Shown in pieces: positions 16,537 to 32,384 of a DNA stretch of 64,000 bases (position 1 is its first letter; the number at the start of each line of letters is the position of its first letter). The stretch lies in assembly GCF_009914755.1 (NCBI RefSeq), contig NC_060943.1; one strand, written 5' to 3'. The position numbers and the translations under genes are program-made. The notes below the pieces were generated by a model, which searched no databases, was not told the origin of the DNA, and worked only from the letters and a program-made list of their open reading frames with translations. The stretch comes from the human T2T-CHM13v2.0 reference genome, Homo sapiens.

Positions 16537-16659
<123 letters not shown>

Positions 16660-16737
16660 TTATGATGTTAGGGTATCGATTTTAGATTTTTCATGCTTTC
16701 TCTTGTGGGCATTTAGTGCTATAAATTTCCCTCTACA

Positions 16738-17514
16738 TGAAAAAATGCTCATCATCACTGGCCATCAGAGACATGCAAATCAAAACCACAATGAGATACC
16801 ATCTCACACCAGTTAGAATGGCGATCATTAAAAAGTCAGGAAACAACAGGTGCTGGAGAGGATGTGGAGAAATAGGAACAATTTTACACTGTTGGTGGGA
16901 CTGTAAACTAGTTCAACCATTGTGGAAGTCGGTTTGATGGTTCCTCAGGGATCTAGAACTAGAAATGCCATTTGACCCAGCCATCCCATTACTGGGTATA
17001 TACCCAAAGGATTATAAATCATGCTGCTATAAAGACACATGCACACGTATGTTTATAGCGGCACTATTCACAATAGCAAAGACTTGGAACCAACCTCAAT
17101 GTCCAACAATGATAGACTGGATTAAGAAAATGTGGCACATATACACCATGGAATACTATGCAGCCATAAAAAAGGATGAGTTTGTGTCCTTTGTAGGGAC
17201 ATGGATGAAACTGGAAACCATCATTCTCAGCAAACTATCGCAAGGACAAAAAACCAAACACTGCATGTTCTCACTTATAGGTGGGAATTGAACAATGAGA
17301 ACCCATGTATACAGGAAGGGGAACATCACACACCAGGGACTGTTGTGGGGTGGGGGGCGGGGGGAGGGATAGCATTAGGAGATATACCTAATGCTAAATG
17401 ACAAGTTAATGGGTGCAGCACACCAACATGGCACATGTATACATATGTAACAAACCTGCATGTTGTGCACATGTACCCTAAAACTTAAAGTATAACAATA
17501 ATAAAATAAAAAAA
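16738..17514 (+). mobile_element. 5'-truncated L1PA inserted in the older L1
   Basis: ORF2 C-terminus ([25 protein letters not shown]), 3'UTR and polyA; TSD AAATTTCCCTCTACA at 16723-16737 and 17515-17529. Confidence 0.93.
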
Positions 17515-20500
17515 AAATTTCCCTCTACACACTGCTTTAAATGTGTCCCAGAGATTCTGGTGCTTTGTGTCCTTGTTCTCATTGGTTTCAAAGAACATCT
17601 TTATTTCTGTCTTCATTTCGTTATTTACCCAATTGTCATTCAGGAGCAAGTTGTTTAGTTTCCCTGTAGTTGTATGGTTTTGAGAGAGTTTCTTAATACT
17701 GTGTTCTAATTTGATTGCAATGTGATCTGAGAGACAGTTTGTTGTGATTTCTGTTCTTTCACATTTGCTGAGGAGTTCTTCACTTCCAACTATGTAGTCA
17801 ATTGTGGAATAAGTTGGATGTGGTGCTAAGAAGAATGCATATTCTGTTGATTTGAGGTGGAGAGTTCTGTAGATGTCTATTAGGTCCATTTGGAGCAGAG
17901 CTGAGTTCAAGTCCTGGATATCCTTTTTAACCTTCTGTCTTGATGATCTGTCTAATATTGGCAGTGGGGTGTTAAAGTCTCCCATTATTATTACGTGGGA
18001 GTCTAAGTCTCCTTTTAGGTCTCTCAGGACTTGCTTAATGAATCTGGGTGATCCTGTATTGGGTGCATATTTAGAATAGTTAGATCTCCTTGTTGAATTG
18101 ATCACTTTACCATTTTGTAATGGCCTTGTCTCTTTTGATCTGTGTTGGTTTAAATTCTGTTTTCTTCGAGACTAGGATTGCAACCCCCATTTTTTTTTTC
18201 CTTCCATTTGCTTGGTAAATCTTCCTCCATCCCTTTATTTTGAGCCTATGTGTGTCTCTGCACATGAGATGGGTCTCCTGAATACAGCACATTGATGGGA
18301 CTTGATTCTTTATCCAATTTGCCAGTCTGTGTCTTTTAATTGGGGCATTTAGCCCATTTACATTTCAGGTTAATATTGTTATGTGTGAATTTGATCCGGT
18401 CATTATGATGTTAGCTGGTTATTTTGCCCATTAGTTGATGCAGTTTCTTCCTAGCATCAATGGTCTTTACAATTTGGCATGTTTCTGCAGTGGCTGCTAC
18501 CAGTTGTTCCTTTCCATGTTTAGTTCTTCCTTCAGGAGCTCTTATAAGGCAGGCCTGGTGGTGACAAAATCTCTTAGCATTTGCTTGTCTGTAAAGGATT
18601 TTATTTCTCCTTCACTTATGAAGCTTAGTTTGGCTGAATATGAAGTTCTGGGTTGAAAATTCTTTGCTTTCAGAATGTTGAATATTGGCCCCCACTCTCT
18701 TCTGGCTTGTAGAGTTTCTGCCGAGAGATCCACTGCTAGTCTGTTGAGCTTCCCTTTGTGAGTAATCCAAACTTTCTCTCTGGCTGCGCTTAGCATTTCT
18801 TTCTTCATTTCAAACTTGATGAATCTGACAATTACGTGTCTTGGGGTTGCTCTTCTCAAGGAGTATCTTTGTGGTGTTCTCTGTATTTCCGGATTTTGAA
18901 TGTTGGACTGCCTTGCTAGGTTGGGGAAGTTCTCCTGGGTAATATGCTGAAGAGTGTTTTCCAGCTTGTTTCCATTCTCCCCATCACTTTCAGGTACACC
19001 AGTCAAATGTAGATTTGGTCTTTTCATATAGTCCCATATTTCTTGGAGGCTTTCTTCGTTTCTTTTTACTTTTTTTTCTCTAAACTTCCCTTCTCACTTG
19101 ATTTCATTCATTTGATCTTCAATCACTGATACTCTTCCTTCCACTTGACCGAATTGGCTACTGAAACTTGTGCATGTGTCATGTAGTTCTCATGCCAACG
19201 TTTTCAGCTCCATCAGGTCATTTAAGGTCTTCTCTATGCTGTTTATTCTAGTTACCATTCATCTAATCTTTTTTCAATGTTTTTAGCTTCCTTGTGATGG
19301 GTTCAAACATCCTCCTTTAGCTCAGAGAAGTTTGTTATTACCGACTTTCTGAAGTTTACTTCTGTCAACTCATCAAAGTCATTCTCTGTGCTTTTTTGTT
19401 CCGTTGCTGGCTAGCAGCTGTGATCCTTTGGAGGAGAAGTGGTGCTGTGGTTTCTAGAATTTTCAGCTTTTCTGCTCTGGTTTCTCCCCATCTTTGTGGT
19501 TTTATCTACCTTTGGTCTTTGATGATGGTGACCTACAGATGTGGTTTTGGTGGGGATGTGTTTTTTGTTGATGTTGATGCTATCCCTTTCTGTTTGTTAG
19601 TTTTCCTTCTAACAGTCAGGTCCCTCACTGCAGGTCTGTTGGAGTTTGCTGGAGGTCCACTCCAGACCCTCTTTGCCTGGGGATCACCAGCAGAGGCTGC
19701 AATACAGCAAATACTACAGAATAGCAAAAATTGCTGCCTGATCCTTCCTCTGGAAGCTTCGTCTCAGAGGGGCAACCAGCTGTATGAGGTGTCAATCGGC
19801 CATTATTTGGAGGTGTCTCCAAGTTAGGCTACATGGGGGTCAGGGACCCACTTGAGGAGGCAGTCTGTCTGTCTCAGAGCTCAAACACCATGCTGGGAGA
19901 ACCACTGCTCTCTTTAGAGCTGTCAGACAGGGACATTTAAGTCTGCAGAAGTTTCTGCTGCCTTTTGTTCAGCTATGCCCTGCCCCCAGAGGTGGATTCT
20001 ACAGAGGCAGGCAGCCTTGTTGAGCTGTGGTGGGCTCCACCCAGTTAGAGATTCCTGGCCACTTTGTTTACCTACTCAAGCCTCAGCAAAGGTGGTCGCC
20101 CCTCCCTCAGCCAGGCTTGCCACCTGGCAGTTTGATCTTGGACTAGCAGTGAGCAAGACTCTATGGGTGTGGGACCCACTGAGCCAGGTGCGGTATATAA
20201 TCTCCTGGCATGCCATTTGCTAAGACCATTGGAAAAGGGCATTGTTTAGGTGGCAGTGTCCCAATTTTCCCATTACAGTCTGTCACAGAAATCCCCCAAC
20301 TGCTTGCACTTTGTGGGTGAGGCAATGCCCCACCCTGCTTCAGCTCACCCTCCATGGTCTGCACCCACTTTCTGACCAGTCCCAGTGAGATGAACCAGGT
20401 ACCTCAGTTGGAAATGCAGAAATCACCCATCTTATGCATCATTCACGCTGGGACCTGCAGACCAGAGCTGTTCCTATTTGGCCATCTTGGAACAGCTCCT

Positions 20501-20882
20501 GATTAAAGTTTTCTTGATCATTGGATATCATCTGAGTGGGTGGATGGCTTCTCTGCCTTGCTCATATTTATACATTTCTTCCTTCAGGGGCCTCAAATCC
20601 GTACTGTCAGGGTTATCACCCATGTTAATGATTGATTTATAGGGCTTAAGTTAGATTTGAATTAATTCCTTCACTGAGCAACACGGGTCCTGTGGATGAT
20701 TTTCCTATAATCCTGAGGATCAGGATCTTTGTTGCAAAAGAGGCATGGGCAGCAGTGGCAGAGGTCCTGGTGAGCCATCTGCTCTTAGGAGCATGGATTT
20801 CAGTATGCCACCAAATGGCTGCTTTTTTCCCTCTTCTCTCTCTTTGTCTCACTTTTTGTTTTTTGACGGAGACTTACTCTGT

Positions 20883-21170
<288 letters not shown>

Positions 21171-22907
21171 GTCTCTTTCTCACTCTCCAAAGATTGCTGT
21201 TTCTTGAATGACTATCCAGTGGGCCCGTATATTACACCAAATAGAGTCGTTCACCTGAGTGCTCTATAGATTGGGGCCCAATGCCTGGTTGAGACACATA
21301 CCAGTTGGTGGAAAGGAAGAGTCTTTTTCCTGAGCCTAGCATCATTCACAGGTGCATTCTAAGATACACAGATAAGTCCAGGCTGAGACACATGATCCAT
21401 GGCTATATTAAAGAGGGTCTTAATCCCATCATCCTGTCTTTTAATGCCAATTAATTAACAAAACTTCTGACCAAGGTTTACTAAGTCTTTAATGGAGGCT
21501 CAGTAGGACTCAACAATGAAATACAAGGCAGCACAGGTCAAGGCACAGGCTGGCTAGAAGGCAGCAGCTGAAAATGCATGCTAGGTATCAGGTAGTGGAG
21601 TGGGTTAGCAGGTTAGCAAGCCAAAGCAAAAGAAGAAAGACCCCTGGTGATTGTAGTCAGAATCTAGCAGCTCTGTTCACAGTGTCAATTGTTATGGTCA
21701 CTCACAGAAGCAGATGGACACCCACCCAAAATTTGGACCAGGTGTCAAAACCGATGATGCCACACACACGATGAGAGGGCATGGAAAGTTTTATTGCTCC
21801 CATAATTGAGGCCTCTAGGGAGAGTGGGACAGGCCCTTGATTTCTATGGTGGCTAGGGGCTGAGGGTGGTGTGAAAGTCCTACTGTACTCCTGCATGTTC
21901 AGGAGCTTGTGTGGTTTGAATCTTCCATAGGCACCAAAGGAGAGAGAACCTGGGCTTTCTTTATTATTATTATTGTCATTACTATTATTATTATTTTAAT
22001 TGACACATTATAATTGTACATATTTATGGAGTACCGTGTGATGCTTCAATACATGTGTACAAAGTGTAAGGATCACAGATCCCGGTAATTAGAATATCTA
22101 TCAACATAAAATAATATGAGAGTGATATATCATCATATTCATAGGTTTTTAAGATTATTGCACCAAATATGAAATTTCTTGAAATATTTCAGTGAAATAT
22201 CTTGTGAAACCATTTTTAGAAATTTTGCCTACCTTGGTCCACCCTCCCACCCTCAAAGATTCATGTCCCTTTCACATGCAAAATATATTATTCCTCCCCT
22301 GAGGTTCCTAAGAGTTTTGTTCCATTACATCAATTCAAAGATTAAAATCTTATCTGCATATAATCAGCTCACAAGTACCAAATCTCGTTATATAAATCCG
22401 GTGTGGATGAAACTTCTAGGTATAATTTCTCGACATCTGTGGACCCTCAGCAGTGAAGAAACAAGTTATCTGTTCTCAATATACAATGATGAGACAGGCA
22501 ATAGGATAAGAGTTATAGACATTCAAGTTCAAGAGAGGGAAAATGGAAGATAAAAAGGAGTGCCCAGCTCAAAGCACTTTTGAAATCCAGATGGAAAAAC
22601 TCCAGCTGAAGCCCCTTGGTTAGGTTTCAGGGCCCAGGAAAACTTCTCCATAGTTTTTGATCCTGTCCTCTGGGCTTTTGGCTATGCCCTGTGTGTGCTG
22701 TTAGTGCTGCTAAAACAAAATACCTGAGGATGGGCAAGTTATAAAGATTAGAAATTTATTTCTCATGGTTCTGGAGGTTGGGAAGTCCAAGATCAAGGAA
22801 CCAGATGGATTGGTGTCTGGTAAGTTCTGCTCTCTGCTTCCAAGGTGGCACCTTGTTGCTGCCTACCCTGGAGGAAAGGAATACTTTCCTTTCCCATATT
22901 ATTTTAC

Positions 22908-23530
22908 GTTTATTATTATTATACTTTAAGTTTTAGGGTACATGGATCTTCAAGGATCCAGAACTAGAAATACCATTTGACCCAGCCATCCCATTACTGG
23001 GTATATACCCAAGGATTATAAATCATGCTACTATAAAGACACATTCACATGTATGTTTATTGCGGCACTATTCACCATAGCAAATACTTCGAACCAACTC
23101 AAATGTCCATCAATGATAGACTGGATTAAGAAAATGTGGCACATATACACCATGGAATACTATGCAGCCATAAAAAATGATGAGTTCAAGTCCTTTGCAG
23201 GGACATGGATGAAGATGGAAACCCTCATTCTCAGCAAACTATCACAAGGACAGAAAACGAAACACCACAAGTTCTCACTCATAGGTGGGAATTGAACAAT
23301 GAGAACATTTGGACACAGGGAGCGGAATATCACACAGCGGGGCCTGTCGTGGGGTGGGAGAATGGGGAGGGATAGCATCAGGAGATATACCTAACATAAA
23401 TGACGAGTTAATGGGTGCAACACATCAACATGGCACATGTATACATATGTAACAAACCTGCACGTTGTGCATGTACCCTAGAACTTAAAGCATAATAAAA
23501 AAATAAATAAAATAAAATAAGAAGAAGAAA
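22908..23530 (+). mobile_element. L1PA 3' end (22945-23530) preceded by an inverted ~35-bp L1 3' terminus
   Basis: ORF2 C-terminus, 3'UTR and polyA on +; ttatactttaagttttagggtacatg on the left is an antisense L1 tail. Confidence 0.85.
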
Positions 23531-23629
23531 AAATTAAATCTAAGTAAAGCACTTAGAACAATGGCTGGCACATAGCAAATGCTGTGTTAGTTGCTGTTCT
23601 TCCAGGCCAGAAGCGACACAGACAAGTTA

Positions 23630-23645
23630 CCACCAGGTGGCGCTG
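23630..23645 (+). promoter_or_regulatory. Predicted CTCF binding site
   Basis: CCACCAGGTGGCGCTG fits the CTCF core consensus CCASYAGRKGGCRS; CpG retained. Confidence 0.65.
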
Positions 23646-23783
23646 TATTCCTCCAGCTCCACAGGTTACTCAGGCTCAGAGTCTGGGGGTGCATCTCAAC
23701 AGCCCTGAATTTGAATCCTGCTCTGCCACTGCCTAGTCGAGACATTTCACTACATGCCTAGCTGAGACATTTATTAGCTCTAG

Positions 23784-24134
<351 letters not shown>

Positions 24135-24669
24135 TGATGAAGACTTGAGGCTACGTCAATCATACCTGAGTTAGAATTCCAGTTCCAGCACCTACAATCT
24201 CTATTTCCTTTGATAAATGACATCACCAGTCTGCCCTTCAGTTCCCTCCTTTAGAAAATGAGTATTTTAACAAAACCTATCTCTGTATAACATACAGCAA
24301 TCATGATGCCTACACCATGAGGATTCAGTGTGATACTGTAGGAAATCCTTTAACGCAAGGCTTGGCACAAAAAGACACTCCTATCAACCTTAAAATATTA
24401 AGACTAATATTAAACTAAGACTTGAGGGCTTGTTATATATCAGGAACATAACACCATGAATTCTCATAGCAACATCATGAGACAGATAATACTGTCATGA
24501 TTTCCATATTATGGAAGAGGGAACTGAGGCTCAAGGAGATGTTACTTGTGGAAAGTCACACATTTGGGATTTAAAATAAGGCAGCCTGTCTCCAGAACCC
24601 ATATTACTCACCATTATGCTAGACTGGACTCCCTCACCCTCGTAACCCATGTTGTGTGCCCAAAATTCA

Positions 24670-25251
<582 letters not shown>

Positions 25252-25819
25252 TTAACAAGTTTCAGATAGCTGAGTGTGTGGTGTATGCCTATAGTCCTGG
25301 CTACTTGGGAGGCTAAGGCAGTAGGATTGCTTGGGTGCAGGAGGTCGAGGCTGGAGTGAGCTGATATTGCACGACTGCATTGCAGCATGGGTGACAGAGC
25401 AAGACCCTGTCTGTCTGTCTAAAAAAAAAAAGTTCCAAGGTGATGCTGATGCTGCAGGTCTGGAGGCTGCACTTTGAGAACCACTGAACTATAGCAGAGC
25501 AACGAGTTTGAAGGAATCTGGGTCCATGATTGACCACAAGGAGGGGAGCCACCTTGCCATGCTGGACTAACTGTCTACTTCAAGAGGGACACAAAATAGA
25601 GAAAGAAACTTGTATTTTATTTCAGTGACTGCATTATGGGATCTGTTGGTTACAACAACCTGGCCTTTACCTTAATTAATATAGACATTTTTCAGGCTGT
25701 TTTCCTGCAGATGCCCTGATAGATATCTTTGTTCCCACCAGCCTTCAGTGACTTAGCCAACATCTGTCAGCAGGTCCAGTTCTGTGGATTCCCCTCAAGG
25801 TCCAGAGCTTGCTTCCTAC

Positions 25820-25905
25820 TTTCCTTCCTTCCTTCTTTCCTTCCTTCCTTCCTTCCTTCCTTCCTTCCTTCCTTCCTTCCTTCCTTCCTTCCTTCCCTCC
25901 TTCCT
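25820..25905. repeat. (TTCC)n microsatellite
   Basis: Directly visible. Confidence 0.95.
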
Positions 25906-26990
25906 TTTCCTTTCTCTCTTTTCTTTTCTTTGGCAGGGTCTCACTCTGTTGCTCAGGCTGGAGTGCAGTGGTGCAATCACAGCTCACTACAGCTTCGAAC
26001 TCCTCGGCTCAAGCGATCCTCCCCGCTTAGTCTCCTGAGTAGGTGGGGCTACAGGCACATGCTACCACCCCCAGCTAATTTTTTTATTTTTTGTAGAGAC
26101 ATGGTCTTGCTATGTCACCCAGGCTGGGATTACAGGCATTAGCCACCGTGTCTGGCTTCAGAGTGATTTTTCTACAGCACAAATTTGACTGTGACTTACC
26201 CTACTTTAAATCTCCCATGGCTCCAAAGGCTCTAGGAAAAAGTCAAAACTCCTCAGTGGGACATTCAGAGATTTTTCTAAGAATCCAAAGGACCTCTCAT
26301 GGTCCATGTCCCAAAATTTCCCCCGATGGACCCTCTGGGCTAAACTTTTTCTCTTGTTACCTCTAGCCAAACACAACACAGTTCCAAGCCTCCTGCCCTT
26401 TCCTCTTGCTGTTCCTCCTCCCTGAGGTGCCTTTCATGGCTCAGGCTGTGGCCAGGATCAGCGTGGAGTCAGTAGCTTGGATGGGTGGTCCAGGTCCAGT
26501 GCTCACTGAGTGACCAGGATCTGGTCTCAGAATGTGACCGAGGTCTGGGTCAGCGTTCAGGCGGAAGCAAGGCTTGGGGTTCAGGTTGTCCATTTTTCAT
26601 TTTCTCAGAATATTTACTGACCTGTTGTCAGCTGATATTTTGAGATATCCAAGCCCTGGGCCATTCTGGCACCAGATGGAGTCCAAGGGCTAGGCTAGGA
26701 TGGCTCCTGGGTGTCATAGTCATTGAAAGGTTCACTGTTGTATTAAAGAACCCAAAACCTCAGTGGGGTTCAGTCACGGGGCTCCATATCAGATCTGAGC
26801 ATCTGAGTCCTCTGCCCATCCCTGGAGCCCCAGGATCCCCTCCCTGCTTAGTTATCCCAGTGCTCCCCCTACCATCCCACAGCTGCATTTGGTTTATTAG
26901 AAGGGTGGGGAGCAGTAAATGTATTTGACCAACTCTTGTGTACCAGGTCTAGTACACACATGTCCTCACTGAGTCTTCAAAACAACACTG

Positions 26991-28266
<1,276 letters not shown>

Positions 28267-28382
28267 TCAGGAGATTAAGGGTCCCCACCTGCTTTGTCCA
28301 CAGAGTTTATGTCCTTCTCAAGAAGGGTGTGAGAGAGATACACAGAGAAATGTCTAGGGATACAGGGCTCTTTTATTGCTAG

Positions 28383-28413
<31 letters not shown>

Positions 28414-28664
28414 GGAGTCTCACTCTGTTGCCCAGGCTGGGGTGTTGTCCAGGCTGGAGTGGAGTACTTTAGCTGTGGCAGCCCATCAGTAGCTCCCCCA
28501 GCCCATGTTTAGCTCCCTGGACCTGTCTCTAGCTCCCTCCACCTCTCTATGAATGTCTATATCTCTCCCTGTGCCAATTACACATTCCTCAAACACTTAC
28601 AGTGTGTCCTCCCCATGGCATATTGAGTCTCATTTCCATCCTCACAATGACTCTATAGGGTAGG

Positions 28665-30826
28665 TGTATTAGTTCATTCTCATGCTGCCAATGAACACAT
28701 ACTTGACACTGGGTAATTTATAAAGAAAAAGAGGTTTAATGGACTCACAGTTCCACATGGCTGGGGAAGCCTAACAATCATGACAGAAGGCAAAGGAGGA
28801 GCAAAGACACATCTTACATGGAGACAGGCAAGAGACAGAGTGTGTGCAGGGAAAACTGCCCTTTGTAAAACCATCAGATCTCGTGAGACTTATTCACTAT
28901 CACGAAACAGCATGGGAAAATTCACTCCCATGATTCAATTACTTCCCACTGGGTCCCTCCCATGACATGTGGGGATTACGGGAATTACATTTCAAAATGA
29001 GATTTGGGTGGGGACACAGCCAAACCATATCATTCCACCCCGACCCCTCCTAAATCTCATGTCCTCACGTTTCAAAATAAATCATGCCTTCCCAACACTC
29101 CCTCAAGGCCTTAACTCATTTCAGCATTAACTCAGAAGTCCACAGTTCAAAGTCTCATCTGGTACAAGGCAAGTCGCTTATGCCTATAAACCTGTAAAAT
29201 TAAAAACAAGTTAATTATTTCCTAGATACAATGGAGGTACTGCCACTGGGTAAATACACCCATTCCAAAAAGAGAAATTGGCCAAAATGAAGGGGCTATA
29301 GGCCCCATGCAGGTCCAAAGTCCAGCAGGGCAGTCAAATCTTAAAGCTCCAAAATGATCTCCTTTGACACCATGTCTTACATGCGGGTCACACTGTTGCA
29401 AGAGGTGTGTTCCCATGACGTCAGGCAGCTCTGCCCCTGTGGCTTGCAGAGTACAGCCCCGCTCCTGGCTGCCCTCACGGGCTGGCATTTTGTGTCTGTG
29501 GCTTTTCCAGGTGCACAGTGCAAGTTGTTGGATCTACTATTCTGGGGTCTGGACGACGGTGGCCCTCTTCCCACAGCTCCACTAAGCAGTGCCCCAGCAG
29601 AGGCTCTGTGTGGGGGCTCCAACCCCACATTTCCTTTCTTCACTTCTCTAGCAAAGTTCTCCATGAGGACTCTGCTCCCTTAGCAGACCTCTTCCTGGAC
29701 ATCCTGGTGTTTCCATACATCCTCTGAAATCTAGGTGGAGGTTCCCAAACCTCAGTTCTTGTCTCCTGTGCACCACAGTCCCAACACCACGTGGAAGTTT
29801 TGAAGGCTTGGGGCTTGCACCCTCTGAAGCAAACACTTGGCCAGCTTTAGTCAAGGCTGGAGTGGCTGGGAGGCAGGGTACCAAGTCCCAAGGCTGCACA
29901 TAGCAGGGGATCCCTGGAGACATTTTCCCCATTGTCTTGGTGATTAACATTCTGCTCCTGGTTACTTATGCAAATTTCTGCAGCTGGCTTGAATTTCTCC
30001 CCAGGAATTGGGGTTTTCTCTTGCATCTTCAGGCTGCAAATTTTCCAAACTTTTATGCTCTGCTTCCTCTTGAATGCTTTGCTGCTTAGAAATTTCTTCT
30101 GCCAAATACCCTAAATCATTTGTATCAAGTTCAAAGTTCCACTGATCTTTTGGGCAGGGGCAATATGCCACCAGTCTCTTGGCATAGCAACAGTGGCCTT
30201 TAGTGCAGTTCCCAACAAGTTTCCCTTCTCCATCTGAAACCACCTCAGCCTGGACGTTATTGTTCATATCACTATCAACATTTTGGCCAAAGCCATTCAA
30301 CAAGTCTCTAGGAAGTTCCAAACTTTCCCACATTTTCCTGTTTTCTTCTGAGTCTTCCAAACTGTTCCAACCTCTGCCTGTTACTCAGTTCCAAAGTAGC
30401 TTCCACATTTTTGGGTATCTTTAGAGCAGTGTCCCACTCCCAGTACCAATTTACTGTGTTAATCCATTCTCATGCTGCTAATGAAGACGTACTTGAGACT
30501 GGGTAATTTATAGACAAAAAGAGGTTTAATGGACTCATATTTCCACATGGCTGGAGAGGCCTCACAATCATGGTGGATGGCAAAGAAGTAGCAAAGGCAC
30601 GTCTTATATAGCAGCAGGCAAGAGAGAGCAGCAGGCAAGCAAGGGAAACTTCCTTTTATAAAACCATCAGACCTCATGAGACTTATTCACTATCAGAAGA
30701 ACATCACGGGAAAACCCGTCCCCATGAGTCAATCATCTCCCACAGTGTCCTTCCCACAACGTGTGGGGATTATGGGAAATACAGTTTGAAATGAGAATTG
30801 GGTGGAGACACAGCCAAACAATATCA
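28665..30826 (-). mobile_element. Complete THE1 (MaLR) element: LTR-internal-LTR
   Basis: LTRs 28665-29032 and 30455-30826; THE1-int between them; TSD GTAGG/CTAGG. Confidence 0.9.
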
Positions 30827-31309
30827 CTAGGTATCCATATTTTCCAGATAAGGAAACTTTAGGCTCCAAGCTGAGCTTGCACTTGCCTGAGCATCTTTAG
30901 CACAACAAATGAATGACAAAGCTGGGATTTGAACTCAGGTATGTCTGACTCAAATTAGTCCTTTATTCTGACTTCCCAGAGTGTGCCCCTCAGAGCCTTG
31001 GACCTGAGAAATAGTGACGAGTGCTGTGATGGAAAAGAAAAAGCTGAGAAGCCAAATAGTCCGCACAGCTGCTGTCAGCCCCCTCCCCTCTTGATGTTAT
31101 TTTAAAGGCACATAAACATTCTAAAGGCCCTGAGAAGTCCTGCAGGTGAGAAATTGGCTTCCTGTCATTTAACCCAGTTTCTCCCTTGCTATTTACCTGC
31201 AGAATCCCTTTTCTCCAGAACTTATTCTCTTCCTCTGCCTCTCACACTCTCTCTCTTTCTCTCTGCCTCCTACTCTTTACTATCTCTCTCTGTCTCCACA
31301 TTCTGCTGA

Positions 31310-31520
31310 GAGAGGCATCATGGGGTAGTGATTAAAACAGTAGGCTGTAGAACCAAACTTTCTGGGTTTGACAACTGATTCTACCTTTAGCCTGCTGCGT
31401 GACATTGGGAGAAGTCTCAACCCCTCTGTGTTTCACTTTCTCCATCCACAAAATGGGGGTGAAAACAATTACTACATCAAAGGGTGACAACTAAGTGAAT
31501 TACTCTATTGAAAGCACTTC
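31310..31520 (+). mobile_element. MIR adjacent to XREM
   Basis: MIR core ctgcgtgacattggg...ccatccacaaaatgggg...aaagcactt. Confidence 0.7.
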
Positions 31521-31641
31521 ATGCCTCCTTATCAGTGCTCCCCAAGGGTGGAATGAGGACCCAGAGTACCCGTATTAGGCCATACTTGTGTTGCTATAAA
31601 GACTGTGCCAGATTGCACAACACAGCAGGAGACAGGTCCTG

Positions 31642-31689
31642 GGGTCAGGAAAGTCCATGGTGGCATCTTTCCTAGGTCAGGAAAGTGTG
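31642..31689. promoter_or_regulatory. CYP2B6 distal XREM (DR4 sites, ~-8.5 kb)
   Basis: GGGTCA-ggaa-AGTCCA (31642-31657) and AGGTCA-ggaa-AGTGTG (31674-31689); 8.57 kb upstream of the ATG, matching the known XREM position. Confidence 0.9.
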
Positions 31690-32345
31690 GGTTGTACTTT
31701 GTTGGTCCTCTCCTCGTGGGTTGGGGAAGTATGGGGTGCAGCTGCTCCTGGCAGCTTTGACTTTCAGCCTCAGATAATGCATTGCCTGTGTCTAATCCAC
31801 ATGGATGTGGGGTGACTCAGCCACCTCCATTCCCTGAATCAGCATCTTCAGTGGCGGCAAGTGGTTTGTTTAGCTATGCAAGCAAGATGCAGATTTCCCA
31901 TTTTAAATGAGAAAAAAAGCAGCAGGCAGAGACAGCAGATGTGGACACATTCATTCACATGTTGGGTGATTAGGGACTGACCCCTGCCAGGGGCAGGGAG
32001 GGGACACGCTCACAGCAGTGATGGAGACAGACCCAAGCCTAGGGGACATCAATCAAACTGGACCCAGTATCTGTGCTTCTGGATCTCAGATTCTAGAGAA
32101 ACAGAGACACAGAAGGGGATAGAAGAGGGTGGGGAAGAGGTAGGGGGCAATGGGAAGAGAGGGGGGTTGCATTGATTTGAGATCTTTCTTCTTCTTAAAG
32201 AACGTTTAGTTACTGTAAAGTTCCTCTGTGAGCTATCTGCACCCCATGTTTATTGTAGCATACTCACACAGCCAATATATACAATCAACCTAAGTGTCTA
32301 TCAACAGATGAATGAATGGATAAAGAAAATGTGCTATGCATGCAT

Positions 32346-32347
<2 letters not shown>

Positions 32348-32381
<34 letters not shown>
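32348..32381. repeat. (CA)n microsatellite
   Basis: Directly visible. Confidence 0.95.
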
Positions 32382-32384
<3 letters not shown>

